A stretch of DNA of 64,000 nucleotides from Azolla caroliniana (taxonomy: Eukaryota; Plantae; Polypodiophyta), in the NCBI GenBank assembly GCA_043228905.1, contig JBHGNT010000009.1, positions 8,928,001 to 8,992,000 of the forward strand, given 5' to 3'. Below the pieces are notes generated by a model. That model had not been told where the DNA came from and ran no database searches. It saw only the letters and a list, made by a program, of their open reading frames with translations. This document shows positions 63,345 to 64,000 of this stretch, piece by piece (position 1 is the first letter of the stretch; each line of letters opens with the position of its first letter). Position numbers and translations under genes: made by a program.

Positions 63345-64000
63345 AGAACAAACATGTAGATGCAATATACCACATCGATGAAAGGAGAACCTGATTAGCT
63401 ATCATTACTCTGCCTACTAAAGGCAACTTTGTAGTGTCCCAAATCAACAATTTTTTCCTACGTGATAACATTAGAGGAGCTAACAATCACTCTTTATGCA
63501 TATTTATACCAACCTGACAGCCTAAGTAACGAACTGAAACTCCTTGAATCCAACAAAAAGACTCAGATGGTCTCCATGATGGCAACGGCCACATAGAAAC
63601 CCAAAACCCCACTGATTTACACCAATTAACTTTTGCACTAGAGGCAGCACAAAATGTTTCCAATGCAGCCTATGCTTTACACAAATTACCTTCTTCGGCG
63701 TGCATGTATAGTGTTGTATCATCTGCAAACTCCACATCCAAAATCATCTTATTAGAGATCGGTGCGACCAACCCTTGGATCCCAGCACCTATTGAATTTA
63801 AATATGTAGAAAATACCTTCGTAACAATAAAAAAAAGGGGGGTTAACTAACACCCTTGGCTAATAGATCATGACATTTGAAATCTTCATCCTCTACCTCC
63901 TGCTACTAAGATAGAACTATAAGCTAATCTATAAAAAGTTTCCACTGCAATAATCCAACCTTTTAGAAACCCTAATCTTCTCATCGTCTCTTCTAAAAAG
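63345..64000 (-). mobile_element. L1-like LINE RT fragment running off the window end
   Basis: RQGC...PFFIVT, GIQGLVAPIS, EFADDT; 63347-63786 duplicates 58901-59340. Confidence 0.82.

Overview
Eukaryotic, land-plant nuclear DNA with no recognisable host gene. A fern or another heavily RNA-editing seed-free plant is inferred from the pre-edited plastid atpB copy. The window is a deep nest of retroelements whose boundaries I resolved by eye from LTR termini, PBS/PPT, target-site duplications (TSDs) and re-joined reading frames. Ty1/copia: A 9665-15033, B 15728-21065, D 22163-42615, E 22465-28101, K, M 51054-56102, N 59346-63344, O and fragments. Ty3/gypsy: a Tat-type element with an extra RNase H (386-6978) and a tRNA-Trp-primed, Phygy-like group made of the split autonomous-type element J, gag-only derivatives F and I, and solo LTRs G and H. 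Also present are RTEX-like and L1-like LINEs and a 1.5-kb plastid atpB insertion. The main candidate system is the Trp-primed gypsy group. It shows a putative -1 frameshift signal (GGAUUUU plus H-type pseudoknot) between protease and RT, 4-bp TSDs that reconstruct to N-CG-N, gag-only partners, and a tRNA-like A/B-box cassette in one LTR type. Lineage names are from memory of protein motifs, not from database searches.
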